Of a DNA stretch of 64,000 bases, positions 13,718-26,024 are shown piece after piece. The notes under the pieces were generated by a model that was not told the DNA's origin, made no database searches, and saw nothing but the letters and a program-made list of their open reading frames with translations. Source of the stretch: Felis catus. Lineage: Eukaryota. The DNA lies in NCBI RefSeq assembly GCF_018350175.1, contig NC_058368.1, positions 106,270,001 through 106,334,000 on the forward strand, read 5' to 3'. Every line of letters begins with the position of its first letter. The first letter of the stretch is position 1. The translations under genes were made by a program, and so were the position numbers.

Positions 13718-16011
13718 CATTGTTCTACGTATGTTTTTCTAGTATTCCCAGCATCATTTGTTGAGGAGACTACCTTTTACCCACTAGGTATTCTTGGCTT
13801 CCTGGTCAAATATTAGTTGACCATATATGCCAGGGTTTAATTCTGGGCTCTCCATTCTGTTCCATTAGTAGATATGCCTATTTTTGTGCCAGTGCCTACT
13901 GTGTTTATTACTGTGGCTTTGTAGTATAGTTTGAAATTCAGAAGCATGATACCTCTGTCTTTGTTCTTTTTTTCTCAGTATTACATTGGCTATTTGGGGT
14001 CTTCTGTGGTTCCACACAAATTTTCAGATTGTTTCCTATATTTCTGTGAAGAATGCCTTTGGTACTTTGATGGTGATTGCTTTGAATCTGTAGATGGCTT
14101 TAAGTAGTTTGGCAAGTCTTACAATATTAATTCTTCCGATCCATGAACATGGGATGTCTTTCTATTTGTGTCTTCTTTAATTTCTTTTAGCAAAGTTTTA
14201 TAGTTTTCATTGTACAGATCTTTTATTTCCTTGAGTATATTTATTCCTATGCATTTTATTGTTTTTGATGCTATTGTGAATGAGATGGTTTTCTTTCTTT
14301 TTCAGATGAGTCATCATTAGTGTAAAGGTACACAATTGATTTCTGTATGTTGATTTTGTGTCCTGACCCTTCACTGAAACTGTTGATCAATTCCAATAGT
14401 CTTTTGCCTAATTCTTTGGGATTTTCTCTATATATAGGATAATATCATCAGCAAATAATGACAATTTTACTTCTTTCTTTCCTATTTGGAGAACATTTAT
14501 TTTTTATCTTGCCTAATTGCTCTTGCTAAGACTTCCAGTAATGTATTAAATAGGAGTTGTAATAGTGGGCATCCTTTGCCTTGTCCTTGATCTTATTAGG
14601 AGTGTTTTCAATTTCTTTCTGTTGAACTGTCAGACTGTCACATATGGCCTTTATTATGTTGAGGTGTATTCCTTCAATACACAGTCTGTTAAAGGTTTTT
14701 ATTAAAAGAGGATGTTTATTATCAAATGCTTTTCTTCTAGGTCTCTTGAAATGATCGTGTGATTTTTAGGTTTCATCTGATTGATGTGGTGTGTTATATT
14801 TATTGATTTGCATATGTTGAACCATCCTTGGATCCCAGGGATAAATCCCACTTGGTCATGGTGTATCATGCTTTTAATGTGTTCTAGAATTCAGTTTGCT
14901 AATATTGAGAATTGTTGCATCTGTTTTAATCAGGGATATTGGTTACTATTTTTTTTCTTGTATTTTTATCTGGTTTTGGTATCAAAGTAATGCTGATCTT
15001 GTACAGTGCATTTGGAAGTGTTGCTTCCTTGTCAGTATTTTCTTCAAATGTTTGGTAGAAGTCTCCAGTGAAGGAGCTGGTCCTGGAGATTTCACTTTGG
15101 GGAGTTTTTGTTTTTTTTATACTCAGTCTTTTTACTCATTATTGATCTGTTACGATTTCCTATTTCTTCCTGATTGAGTCTTGGTACGTTGTGTGCTTCT
15201 AGCAATGTATCCATTGCTTCTATGTTATGTAATTTGTTGGCATATAATTGTTCATATTAGTCTCTCATGATCCTTTTTATTTCTATAGTGTCAGTTGTAA
15301 TGTCTTCTCTTTTGTTTCTAATTTTGTTTATTTGATTCTTTTCTCTAGTCTACCAATTTTGTTGAACTTTTTAAAGAACCAGCTTTTAGTTTTGTCAATT
15401 TTTTTTTATTGTTTATTTTGGTTTGTATTTCTCTGATCCTCATTATTTCTTTCCTTCTGCTAACTTTGGGCTTAATTTTTCCTTTTACTAGCTCCTTGAG
15501 GTATAAAGTTAGGTTACTTGAGACCTTTCTAATTTCTTAATGTAGGTATTTATAGCTATAAACTTTCTTCTAAGAACTGCTTTTGCTGCATCCCACAATA
15601 TTTGTTATGTTGTGTTTTCTTTTCTTTGGTTTTGAGATACATTTTTTATTTCCCTTTTGATTTCTTCTTTGACTCAATGGATGTTTAGAAGTGTTGTTTA
15701 GCCTCCACCATTTGTAGATTTCACTTTCCCTTGTTGCAGATTTCCAGTTTCATACCATTCTGGTCAGAGAAGATAATTGGTATGATTTCATTCTTCTTAA
15801 ATTTGCTAAGATCTGTTTTGTGATCTACCCTGGAGACTTTTGCATTGCATTTGAGAAGAATGTGTATTTTGCTGCTGCTGGATGGAATGTTCTGTTTATA
15901 TCTATTAGGCCCATTTGTTCTAAAATGTGGTTCAATTCCAGTGTTTCCCTGTTGATTTTCTTACTGAATGATCTACCTATTGTTGATAGTGGGGTATTGA
16001 AGTCCCCTACA

Positions 16012-16045
16012 ATTGCTTCTTGGTCTTTTGGTTAAGATCAAATGT
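16012..16045 (+). pseudogene. 3'-truncated U2 snRNA retropseudogene (U2 nt 1-34)
   Basis: attgcttcttggtcttttggttaagatcaaatgt versus U2 ATCGCTTCTCGGCCTTTTGGCTAAGATCAAGTGT: 29/34, all differences transitions. TSD gaagtcccctaca at 15999-16011 and 16046-16058. Confidence 0.9.
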
Positions 16046-16583
16046 GAAGTCCCCTACAATTATTATATTGTCTATTTCTCCCTTAAGATCTGTTATTAGT
16101 TGCTTAATACATTTTGATGCTCAGGTGTGGAGAACATATAATGACAATCATCGTATCTTCTTGCTGTATTGACCCCTTACTGTATAATGACCTTTTCTCT
16201 CTTATTACTCATTTGGCTTGAAGTCTGTTTTGTTATATAAATATGGCTATGCCTGCCACCCTTTCATTTCCATTTGCTTGGAATATCATCTTTCATCCTT
16301 TGATTATGAACCTATGTGTGTCTTTAGAGCTGAAATAGTCTCCTATAGCATATAGGAGCATATAGTTGAGTCTTGTTTGTTTTAACCTATGCAGCCACTG
16401 CTGTGCCTTTTGACTTACAGTACAATCTGTTTACATTCAGGGTGATCATTGATATGCAAAGATTTACTACAGTCATTTTATCTTTTGCCTTCTGGGTATT
16501 TTGTGTTTCCATTGTTTCATTTCCCTTCCCTTTATGTCTTCCTTTGGAAGTTGGTGGTTTTCCATGCTGGTTTGCTCAGTCTC

Positions 16584-16840
16584 CCCCCCCCCCTTTTTTT
16601 TTTTTATTTATTTTTTTTAAATTTTTTTTTTTCAACGTTTTTTATTTATTTTTGGGACAGAGAGAGACAGAGCATGAACGGGGGAGGGGCAGAGAGAGAG
16701 GGAGACACAGAATCGGAAACAGGCTCCAGGCTCCGAGCCATCAGCCCAGAGCCTAACGCGGGGCTCGAACTCAACGGACCGCGAGATCGTGACCTGGCTG
16801 AAGTCGGACACTTAACCGACTGCGCCACCCAGGCGCCCCC
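16584..16840 (-). mobile_element. Young SINEC_Fc
   Basis: CpG-rich felid SINE sequence with long T tail, flanked by tctcccccc repeats. Confidence 0.93.
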
Positions 16841-17069
16841 ATTCTCCCCCCTTTTTATGCTTAATGTCTCTGCTCTAGATTTTTGCTTTGTGGTTACCAA
16901 GCATTTACATAAAATATCTTAGATAAAATAGTTCTTATTCTGCTGATAGCGATTTATCTTCATTCACCTATAAAGTTTCTGTCTTTTTATTCTTACCCTT
17001 TTATATTTTTGATGTCATAAGTTATCTCTTTTTATGCTGTGATTTTATTACCAAGTTGTAGCAGCTAGT

Positions 17070-17279
17070 TATTATTATTTTTTTAATGTTTATTTTTGAG
17101 AGAGTGAAAGAGTGAGCACAGTATGAGCAGAGAGAGAGGGAGACACAGAATTGGAATCAGGCTCCAGGCTCTAAGCCATCAGCACAGAGCCGGATGCAGG
17201 ACTCTCAAACCCACCAACTGCGAGATTATGACCTGAGCTGAAGTCTGATGCTTAACCGACGGAGCCACCCAGGCGCCCC
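17070..17279 (-). mobile_element. SINEC
   Basis: SINEC head, body and tail. Confidence 0.9.
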
Positions 17280-18387
17280 AGGAGCTAATTTTAATGCTAT
17301 TTTCCTTTATCCTTTATGTTATAATTAGGAGTTTATTATACTATTTTAACAAAGAGTTATAGTATTCTAGTTCTGACTACTTAGCCACTTAATCAGAGTT
17401 TTGTGTATTTTTGTCTTTTTGTTTCAGCTCAGAGAGCTCCTTTCAATATTTTGTGTGGTGGTGAACTCCCTCAGTTTTGTTTGTTTGGGAAAGCCTTTAT
17501 TTCTGCTTCATTTCTGAAAGAACTTTGCCAGATGGATTATTGTTGGCTGGCAGTTTTTATCTTCCAATATCTTCCAATATTTGAATATTTCATTCCATTC
17601 TCTCCTGGCCTGTAGAATTTTTGCTGAGAAATCTGATGATAGCCTAATGGGGGTACCTTTGTAGACTGTTGTCTTCTTTTCCCCCTGGCTACCTTTATCA
17701 TTCTTTCATTATCTTTGGCTTTTGACAGTTTAATATAATGTGTCTTGGAAAAGATCTTTTGCATTGAAATACTAAGGTATTCTATTAGCTATACCCAGTT
17801 CCTTCCCCAGGTATGGTATGTTCTCAGCTATTATTTCTTTAAATATTCATTCTGCCCCCTTCTCCCTCTCATCTCCTTCTGGGGTACCCATTATTCTTGT
17901 GTTGGCTTTTCTAATGGAATCAGATAGTTCTCATAGGTTTTCTTCACTTTTTAAAAATCCTACTTTTTATCTACTCTTACACCTGAATCATCTCTATACT
18001 TTTATCTTCCATCTAGTTAATTTTCTCTTCCATATGATCTGGTCTATTTCCAGTGAATTCTAATGCATCTTTCATCTCATATATTGAATTCTTCAGCTCC
18101 AGAACTGGTAAAGTACTCCTATTCATTAATTTTATCCCTGAGATCATCATATTGTCTTTCTGAGTTTTCTTGTAGGTCATTGAATTTCTTCATGATAGAT
18201 ATTTTAAATTCCATACCAGTTAGATTCCATTATTCCATATTTTGAGGTTCTGTTCATGAAATATTGTCATTTTCTTTTTGTTATACTGTATTACCCTGAC
18301 ACGATGTTTGATGAAAAGTGCCTCTGGCATCGTATTTAAAGTGGCAAACACTTTTCTTACGTAGGCAAGGTGGGTTTTTTGGTAAAT

Positions 18388-18706
18388 TTTTTTTTTTAAT
18401 TTTTTTTCAACGTTTATTTATTTTTGGGACAGAGAGAGCATGAACGGGGGAGGGGCAGAGAGAGAGGGAGACACAGAATCGCAAACAGGCTCCAGGCTCT
18501 GAGCCGTCAGCCCAGAGCCTGACGCGGGGCTCGAACTCACGGACCGCGAGATCGTGACCTGGCTGAAGTCGGACGCTTAACCGACTGCGCCACCCAGGCG
18601 CCCCGGTAAATATTTTAAGTAATGCTTTACACCATTGTGGGGCTCCAAGCCACATACCAGAGATCAAGGGTCTCACGCTCCATCTACTGAGCCAGCCAGG
18701 TCTCCC
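18388..18706 (-). mobile_element. Young SINEC_Fc (18388-18604) nested in the tail of an older SINEC (to about 18706), all inside the L1
   Basis: Inner flanking repeat ggtaaat at 18381 and 18605. Outer flanking repeat aggcaaggt at 18363 and 18707. Confidence 0.85.
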
Positions 18707-19435
18707 AGGCAAGGTTTTGTTTTCTTTGATACAAACAGTTGAAAACAAAGGTAGTTAGGAGCCTTCCTTTTGTTTTCCAGAAGGTGGCGCTATAGCACCA
18801 GTTCTTGGTTTCTCTTTCTGGAGCTGGCAGCACTTAAAAAAAGGCAGAGTGGTGGGGGCCTGGGGGTCTACTTAGCGCTTGGGGCTTTGGGTGTGCCTCT
18901 GCCCTTGTAGAGGGAATCATCAAGTGTTGGGAGAAAGGGTGTCATAGAGATCTATGGGTGGTCCTCTTGAGTCCTGGGGCAACCAGTAGGAGTCACTTTG
19001 CTTCACTTCTCTTTGTCTGCCTCTTTGACTTTCCTTTCCCTCCCCTCAGTCGCTGTGGTCACTCCTGAGAGAGACTAACTGGTCCTTCCCGCGGCAGCAC
19101 ATGTGGCCAGGCCAATTCACCACTCACTCACCTTCACCTTGGATCTCCTCCGCCACAAGGGTCATGCTGGCCTGCTCTTGGGCCAGCTACCTCTTTCTCT
19201 GCCTCCACGGCTCCTGTGCCACTTCCCTCTCTCTGTCATTGCCTCTGGGATCCAGTTCAGCCATGATCGTATCCACCAGTGGATGGATCTCTGGGGTGCC
19301 TTCGTGAGCTATGCCGCGGCACTTTTGGAGGGAGATAGTTACACATGTCCCCTTAGTTGTATATCAGAGGGAAGAGAAACAAGGACTGACTCACAAAGCC
19401 TCACAGCTGACATCACTGTAGGGGTATATTTTACT

Positions 19436-19560
19436 ATAAGACTTCAAGGCAAGCTGAAAATAATAAGGAAGTACTTCCGTTTGGGAAACACATTGTGAAA
19501 TTTAGGACTCCATTTCTAGAAGTGGGAAATCAAGTCCACCTAGGTGCAGCAGTAAGTTTG
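19436..19560 (+). mobile_element. CR1/L3-like remnant, 3' continuation after the L1
   Basis: aaaataataaggaagtacttccg...attgtgaaatttaggactcc resembles the recalled CR1 ORF2 end (aaataaaaggaagtactacttt...gtggaactc). Confidence 0.5.
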
Positions 19561-20657
19561 TAGAGCCACTGACATTAGTGACCTGCCTTTGACAGATAGT
19601 AGGACTGTATCAGTATGTGGGGTAGAGAAAAAGGCTATACTTCTGGCTCTACTATCTGCTGCTCTTCACTTTTAATCCCGTTATTTGCTTATTCCTGTGG
19701 CTTTTCTGACGTTGGTTTCCACTTGCATCTCTGGAACAACAAATGATACTCCTTGTCACCGTTGCGTTTTGTGAAGTGAAGTAACTTTATTGGTGAGGTA
19801 GATTTGGGCTGGGACCCTCTGAGTGAAGACATTCCAAAAATATTAGAACTCTTTGAAGTGACACAAAATAGGACTAAAGTAGCATTTAATCTAACAAATG
19901 AATTTAAGAGAGGGTACTTATCATTGTGAAAACAAGTTGTGTCCCATGCTAAGGAATTGTATGTTGAAACATGAAATTGCTGATATTCAATCTCAAATAA
20001 GCCAATTTCATATTACATTGTGTACTAACTGGATGAATTTATTATGCTGGCATTGTAATCCAAAAGACTATAACGATATGGAAAATAAAAAAAAGTAAGC
20101 AAAACGTTTTATATATTAATCACAACTACAAACGTTTTTAAGAAACCCATTGTACATAGAAGAAGACTGGAAGGGAAAAAGAAAGTGATCGATGTTTGGC
20201 TCATGAATGTTTAGAACTGTTTCAACATTATGTATTACTGAATCTGATATTCTATAATGATCTTAATTCAGGACATATGAAACATAAAACTACTGGTTCT
20301 TGAGACAGAATCTTGGAATTAGAATTGCTCACTAGAAAATTTCTATTTTAAGTATAATTTAGATTTATGTTGTGATCTGCCTCATTTTGGGTGTACATTT
20401 TCAGATTTGGGACATTTTTGTCATTCTTGTAGCAGCTGTGGCTCTTTGAAGTTTATGGCATCCCAAACTCTATATAATTTTAGTTTTGATTCTTCTGGGT
20501 AGATCCAAGATTCTAGGAACTAAGTACAGGGGCGGTTCACATTTGCATGGTCCCTATAAAGCACATGTAATATTTTGATGTATTTTGTCTCAGTTGCCGC
20601 TGTAGTTGATACCAGCATAAACTTTCTGTTACATATATTTCTTTTCTTGTCTTCCAG

Positions 20658-20816
20658 GGCTACCAAAAGCAGCTGTGATCACTCAGATGCAGACTTTAAA
20701 GGGCTCTGCTGGCTTGTGGGCTTTTGGTTGTACTGCTAATGACATCATTTATATAACCCTTCCCCTGTATCATAGTTCAGGAGCTCTTCTGGGCATTGGT
20801 GGATGTATTGAGTTAG
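20658..20816 (+). CDS. SLC27A6: SLC27A6 coding exon 3 (159 nt)
   Basis: cttccag|GG acceptor and TTAG|gtaagt donor. Encodes (G)LPKAAVITQMQTLKGSAGLWAFGCTANDIIYITLPLYHSSGALLGIGGCIEL, completing TSGTTGLPK. Missed by the ORF track. Confidence 0.96.
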
Positions 20817-20984
20817 GTAAGTTTTTATTTTATGTCTGTTAAGTTTTCAAAATGCCTATTAATTGTAACTTGTGTTAAAGTTTGAAACTCTATCAGTAGA
20901 ATTCAGAGTGATTGTGTGCTTATTATATAATTACAACAGTACGTTTATTAAAAGGACATAATTTCATGGCATAGCATTCTATTC

Positions 20985-21330
20985 CTGAAACTGGAAAGAC
21001 CAGTGCCTTGGAAATTTGGCCTTGTGGTTGGAGCTGACTGTTGAGTGGGCTTCCTTCTCCATGCGGTCACTCATCCTTGGATGATCTACCCTGGCCTCCT
21101 TAGATGGTACTAGGAGCCTTCCACGAGGGTGAATGTGGAAGCTGCATTGCTTTAAAGGCTTACCCTCAGAAATCACTTAGATAATTTCACCTGTATTTTG
21201 ATGATCAAAGCCAGTCCAGATTCAAGATTTGAGAGGTGGGGAAACAGACCCTACCCCTTGAGGGGAAGAGTGGCAAATGCACATTGCAAAGGTAAGTGTA
21301 TAGAAGGAATTGTTGAGCCTGTCTTTGAAG
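20985..21330 (-). mobile_element. Old MLT1-like LTR remnant
   Basis: gaagctgcattgcttt...ccctcagaaatcac...gccagtccagattcaag...aaacagaccctacccctt resembles old MLT1 LTRs. Confidence 0.55.
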
Positions 21331-22137
21331 ACAAGGTACCCGGGCATCCAGTAACTCAGTTGGTAGAATTTGTGACTCAGTAGATTTCATTCATAAACAT
21401 GCTCAGATTATGTGTCTGGCCCTGAAATAGTACTTAACTATAGTTATGTGTGTGTTTATATGTCACAGTGTATATGTCTGAACTACAATAAAGTAATTGT
21501 ATGGAGGAGCATATTTAGACTATGATCAGTGTCCAAAATAAATAAAGATGAGGGTCAAGACATTAGCATTTTCCTTGGAAAAAGTCGTATGATTTACATT
21601 GTTGTGAAAATCAGGTCGTTACAGTTAAATTCTGCAGCCATCAGTGAACTTGTTTTTGGTGCTATGTTACCAACTCTACCTTACTAACTCTCAACCTTGA
21701 GAAATACTAAGGCTCCTTTAAGGTTTTAAAAGTAAATAAGATGTACATATTCAAGGTCAAAAGTAAATGAATATTGTTGATCCCTGTGGAGAAGACTAAC
21801 CCTTATCGGTAGTCATCCTCTAACGCTTGCAACTCCCTAAGCATTTTGATTGCTTCTTTCATCCCAAAAAGAATATATTTGTAGTCAAAACACAGAACTG
21901 TAGCATGAATTTTTAAAAAGTTTATTGGACTGTAAGATTAATGTTTTCAAATGAGCTTGATATAAATGGCCACTGATAGATTATAAAAGTCTTGAAATTG
22001 AATACAAGTGCACCACACAGGGCAACATCATTTTAGTTTTCTGTTCATTCTGCCCTCAGATATTTCCCTTAGTGCCCGTTTTTTTTTTGTTGTTGTTGTG
22101 TTTTGTTTTGTTTTGTTTTGTTTGCCTTTTCTCATAG

Positions 22138-22262
22138 GAGCTACTTGTGTATTAAAGAAGAAATTCTCAGCAAGTCAGTTTTGGAATGACTGTAGAAAGT
22201 ACAATGTGACTGTGTTTCAGTATATTGGAGAACTCTGTCACTATCTTTGCAAACAACCTAAG
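22138..22262 (+). CDS. SLC27A6: SLC27A6 coding exon 4 (125 nt)
   Basis: ctcatag|GA acceptor and AAG|gtaaga donor. Encodes (G)[41 protein letters not shown]. Confidence 0.96.
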
Positions 22263-24859
22263 GTAAGAATAATCATTACCAGAAAGGAAAAGTAATTTCA
22301 GAAAGAAAAAGCATGGGGAGAAAATTAATTTTTGTTCGTGTATATTCTACTGCTTCCAGAGCATAGTTTGACTGACTGACAGATGTTTGCAATAGCCCAA
22401 GATGAAATGAATGTAAAACAAGTCAGAAAAAATAAAAGGAGAGCTAGGCAGGATTGTACTAATGTGCTCTCTATGGTGGCAGGATAGGACAGACCCACAA
22501 TCCAGCCCACTTGGTGTTTAGACTGATTAAAATTTCTGTAAACACAGCACACATCTGATTATGACATTAGATGATGCACACAGAAAGCAGTGATTACAAG
22601 GTTGAACTAGAGAATCTTTTAAAATGCTGTTCTTTGAAAAAAACAAAACAAAACCAATGACATGGATTAGACTTGTTTTCTATTTCTTTTCTTTTGAATA
22701 TGTGATTATATTAATATATCTTTCTGTTTGGTTTTGATTTCAACTTAAAAAGAAATTTTGCTTTGATGTATGTTTGTCTGCCCACCTAAACCAATCATTT
22801 CCACAATTGACAAATTGCCCCTTTCTGAAAATAGACAAGTAGAGAGAGTTGCAAGAGCCTGAAGTTTGTCTTTATTAGTTTGTTTGCTTTTTTGCCTCAG
22901 AGGTTATTTTCCTTTTCCTGATCTCATTTATATTTCAAGGTGCTTATTTTTTAACTGTCTGGTTTTCTAAACATTCTTGAGGCTATAAAGAAGTGGGCTT
23001 CTGTAATCAAATCTCCACCAGCCCCGTGAATAATGGTGATAGACAATGCCCCCTGTGTAGGACGGGCAGCAGAATTGATGACCTGCCCTTGACCCTTGCT
23101 AAACTTCTTTGTTCATTTCTCATCACTTTTGCCATCATCATGCCAGCTTAAGGCATGGATGGTGGGCCAGATGTCTTCTCTGGCTGGCTAAAATATGGAC
23201 ATGTAATCCTTCCTTTACCCACAGCACAACTGAGACTAGGCTGGAAGCATTTAAATAAGACTTTGTTGAAGATATGGGATTACACAGGGCAGAAAAACAC
23301 AAAAAGAATGTGAAACTGGATAACCTTATTTATAAAATGCTCTCATTCACTTTAAGCTCATAGTTTACCATGTAGAGACCTCCCGTCTAGTTCCCGACCC
23401 ACACCCCCCCACCCCTGTTATGGCCAGAAGCCATCCTTGTTCTTTCCTTGGTCAGGAGTGCTTCAGTTAGCTACAGATTCACTCGATCTATCGCTAAGAC
23501 AGAGAGTCTCAGAGACATGTTTAGACTTTTCTGACCTTTGTTCTCTTCGGGAGGCTTTGCCAATGTCGGTGTTGTGGTCTTCTGAAAAGACCTGGTAGAA
23601 CAATTAAGTATAATGCCACAGCCTGACATATTTTCTCTTCTAGTTTTCATTGTGTTCTTTGGTAATGTGGTATCTGGACTAAGATAATTTAGGGAATTAA
23701 TGCCCTCCAGTAAAATAGGAGCCACCTTCAGTAAAGGATAGATTAGGTACTTCTTCATGAACTTTCTAAACTGTGCCCCTATCCATTCCTTTTCCTCCTT
23801 ATCCTTCAGTAACAACATTAGCTTTTTGCAAGACTTTTTTCTCATTAAGTATGTACTGAATGGTTGAACACATGCAATTTTTTCTAACATTTTACTGTAT
23901 TAAATGATGCTGCCATTAGTATCTTTATGCAAGATCGCCAGTATAGGGGCTCAGAAGTGAAGGCTGACAAAGGACGTGGATATTTTGGTGATTTTTATGG
24001 CATATTTCCAAATTGCTGTTCGAAATGGTTAACGTGATTTAGAGTCTCATCGACCATTGTGGGAGGATGCATATTGTACGGTCTCTTATCAGTACTGTGT
24101 GATATTAAAAATATGGTTTTCTAATTATGCTTCATGGGGAACCAGCACCTCCTTCAAGGTTCCTCAAAAGTCCCTGAAGGAGTTGAACAGGGAAAATAGA
24201 CCAATCTTCAAGATCCACCCTTTCAGATATGATGGATGAAACTCAATTTGGTTGGGCTTCTTAATAATATTTTGTTCGCACAAAGAATGTCTTGTTTTTT
24301 TAATGGGAAAATTATAATTTTATTTATAATTTTATGGACTAGAAACAAACATGTTTTTAAATTTTCTGTTAAGATTACTGGCAAGGTGGAATAATTTTCT
24401 ATCTTTTTTCACCTGAAAATGTCTCTTATGAGCCTTTTACTCATTTATGTCTTTAGCACATAATATTTTCTCTTACCTGTTTGAGCTATCATTTCCTATA
24501 ATAAAGGTATTAATAGTTTGTCATGTTCACTAAAAATCTTTTTTCAGAGTGTTTTCCTTTGATTTTTTTTTTATAAAATGAAATATCATTTTCACCTCTC
24601 TGAATTTCTAATGCACTAATTTTGAGAAATTTATATAGCTATAAATTTATAGCTAATGCTATAGCTGCAGAAAATTTGAGAGAACCGAGAATTGAAAGTA
24701 GAGCACTCGATTTCTTTTAGTTAGTTAAATATTTTAATTCTTAACTCGAGTCCTTCGAAGAAAAGATAGTGTTTGTGAAATATTCTCTAAGCATTCACCT
24801 GAAGGAAGTGGAGAAGAGAAAGAAATAAAAATAGCTTTGCCCAAAGGAAAACTTAATAA

Positions 24860-24899
24860 CTTTTTTAATGTTTATTTTATTTTTGAGAGAGAGAGACAG
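24860..24899 (-). mobile_element. 40-bp SINEC tail-only insertion with TSD
   Basis: ttttttaatgtttattttatttttgagagagagagacag between aaacttaataa at 24849-24859 and 24900-24910. Confidence 0.8.
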
Positions 24900-26024
24900 A
24901 AACTTAATAATTTTCTTAAGCAGAGATGCATTGTATTACCTAATCACTTTTGCTGATTTCACACAGAAGGAGAACAAACAGTTCTTGGCATTAAAGATCA
25001 GGAAAAGAAGAAAGTCATTCTGTTATGACATCTTAGACTTTCAAGGAGGTCTTTTTTTTTTCCCCTGTCCAGTATTTAGTCTTTTCAGTGAATTGCTTCT
25101 GCAGAGAAGGGACCATGTCTTCTGTGAGCATAGCATTGAGTTCTGGTACAGCCAGACAGTGAACAGATGATAGGGTCCATATCCTCAGGGAGTTAAAAGT
25201 GGATGTCTCATAAACCGTGGTTTGAAGCCTCCTAGGTACTTGGTTAAAATAAATCCTTAAAGAAAAGAAAGCAAAATCACCTATTCTACAAATACATCCG
25301 GATTTGTTGTCCATCCAAGGGTAAGTGATATATTCCAAAGGAGATTTACCTGCAGGTAGAATTCACCACCTGAGTCGAGTGTTTAAAAGCAGAATTCCTA
25401 TATATTTTAATTCTTAACTAAAGTTCTTTGGGGGAAAAGTTAGTATGTGTGAAATAATCTTAAAGCAATTACCTGAAGGCAAATGGAGGAGGGGAGAGGA
25501 AAATAAATACAGCTTTGCCCAAAGCTGTATGTGGTTTTATTTAGTTGCATAAAAACACCCTGGACTTGGCTTTCCCTGGATGGAAGCATTTATCCACCCC
25601 CTAAACCCTGTCTTTTTTCTCCATTTCAAAAGTCCAATTACAAAAGTTCCTGTGGAGTACACATTGGATATGCCTCAAACTTCTGGCAGCAGCACTGCCC
25701 TTTTAAAACAGCCAAGGTTCTGGCCCTTCTTACTCAGAGGGATGGAGTAATTATTCTTTTCCTTGGAGAGTAGGAAAGCAGCTCTTCCTCACATCCATCC
25801 TCCACGTTTTCTGCGTTACCAAAGTGCCATCATACAACTTCTGACTGGACCTACTTCTTTGGTTTCGTACCAGTAATGCTGCATTTAATATTGCTTGGTG
25901 AGGAACGCGGGGGAGTGCTACATATCACCGATCATTTGGGGGGATTCCTGCAGCATTTCATCATATTTAAATAAATTCTGCCTAAGACAGCAGGCAGCCT
26001 TCTCTAGGGATAGGATCATATCTG

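Larger units (their letters stand above)
12205..19420 (-). mobile_element. Near full-length old L1 (L1MA9/L1_Carn-like), with nested SINEs and a U2 fragment
   Basis: Reverse-strand 3' UTR, ORF2 (YATSLITREMQIKTTVRYHLT), ORF1-like region near 17400-18300 and a GC-richer 5' UTR ending gctgacatcac. Degenerate TSD at 12190-12204 and 19421-19435 (12/15). Confidence 0.85.

Noticed and set aside
16373..16922. Overlapping 127-157 aa ORFs
   Set aside because: They read through L1 and SINE sequence. SINEC_Fc is often stop-free by chance.
19103..19498. 131-aa ORF in GC-richer sequence
   Set aside because: It lies on the antisense of the old L1 5' UTR and has no recognisable protein similarity or splice support.
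23471..23890. 139-aa minus-strand ORF
   Set aside because: I recognise no family, start context, poly(A) or TSD. It is treated as chance or decayed repeat; BLASTP would settle it.
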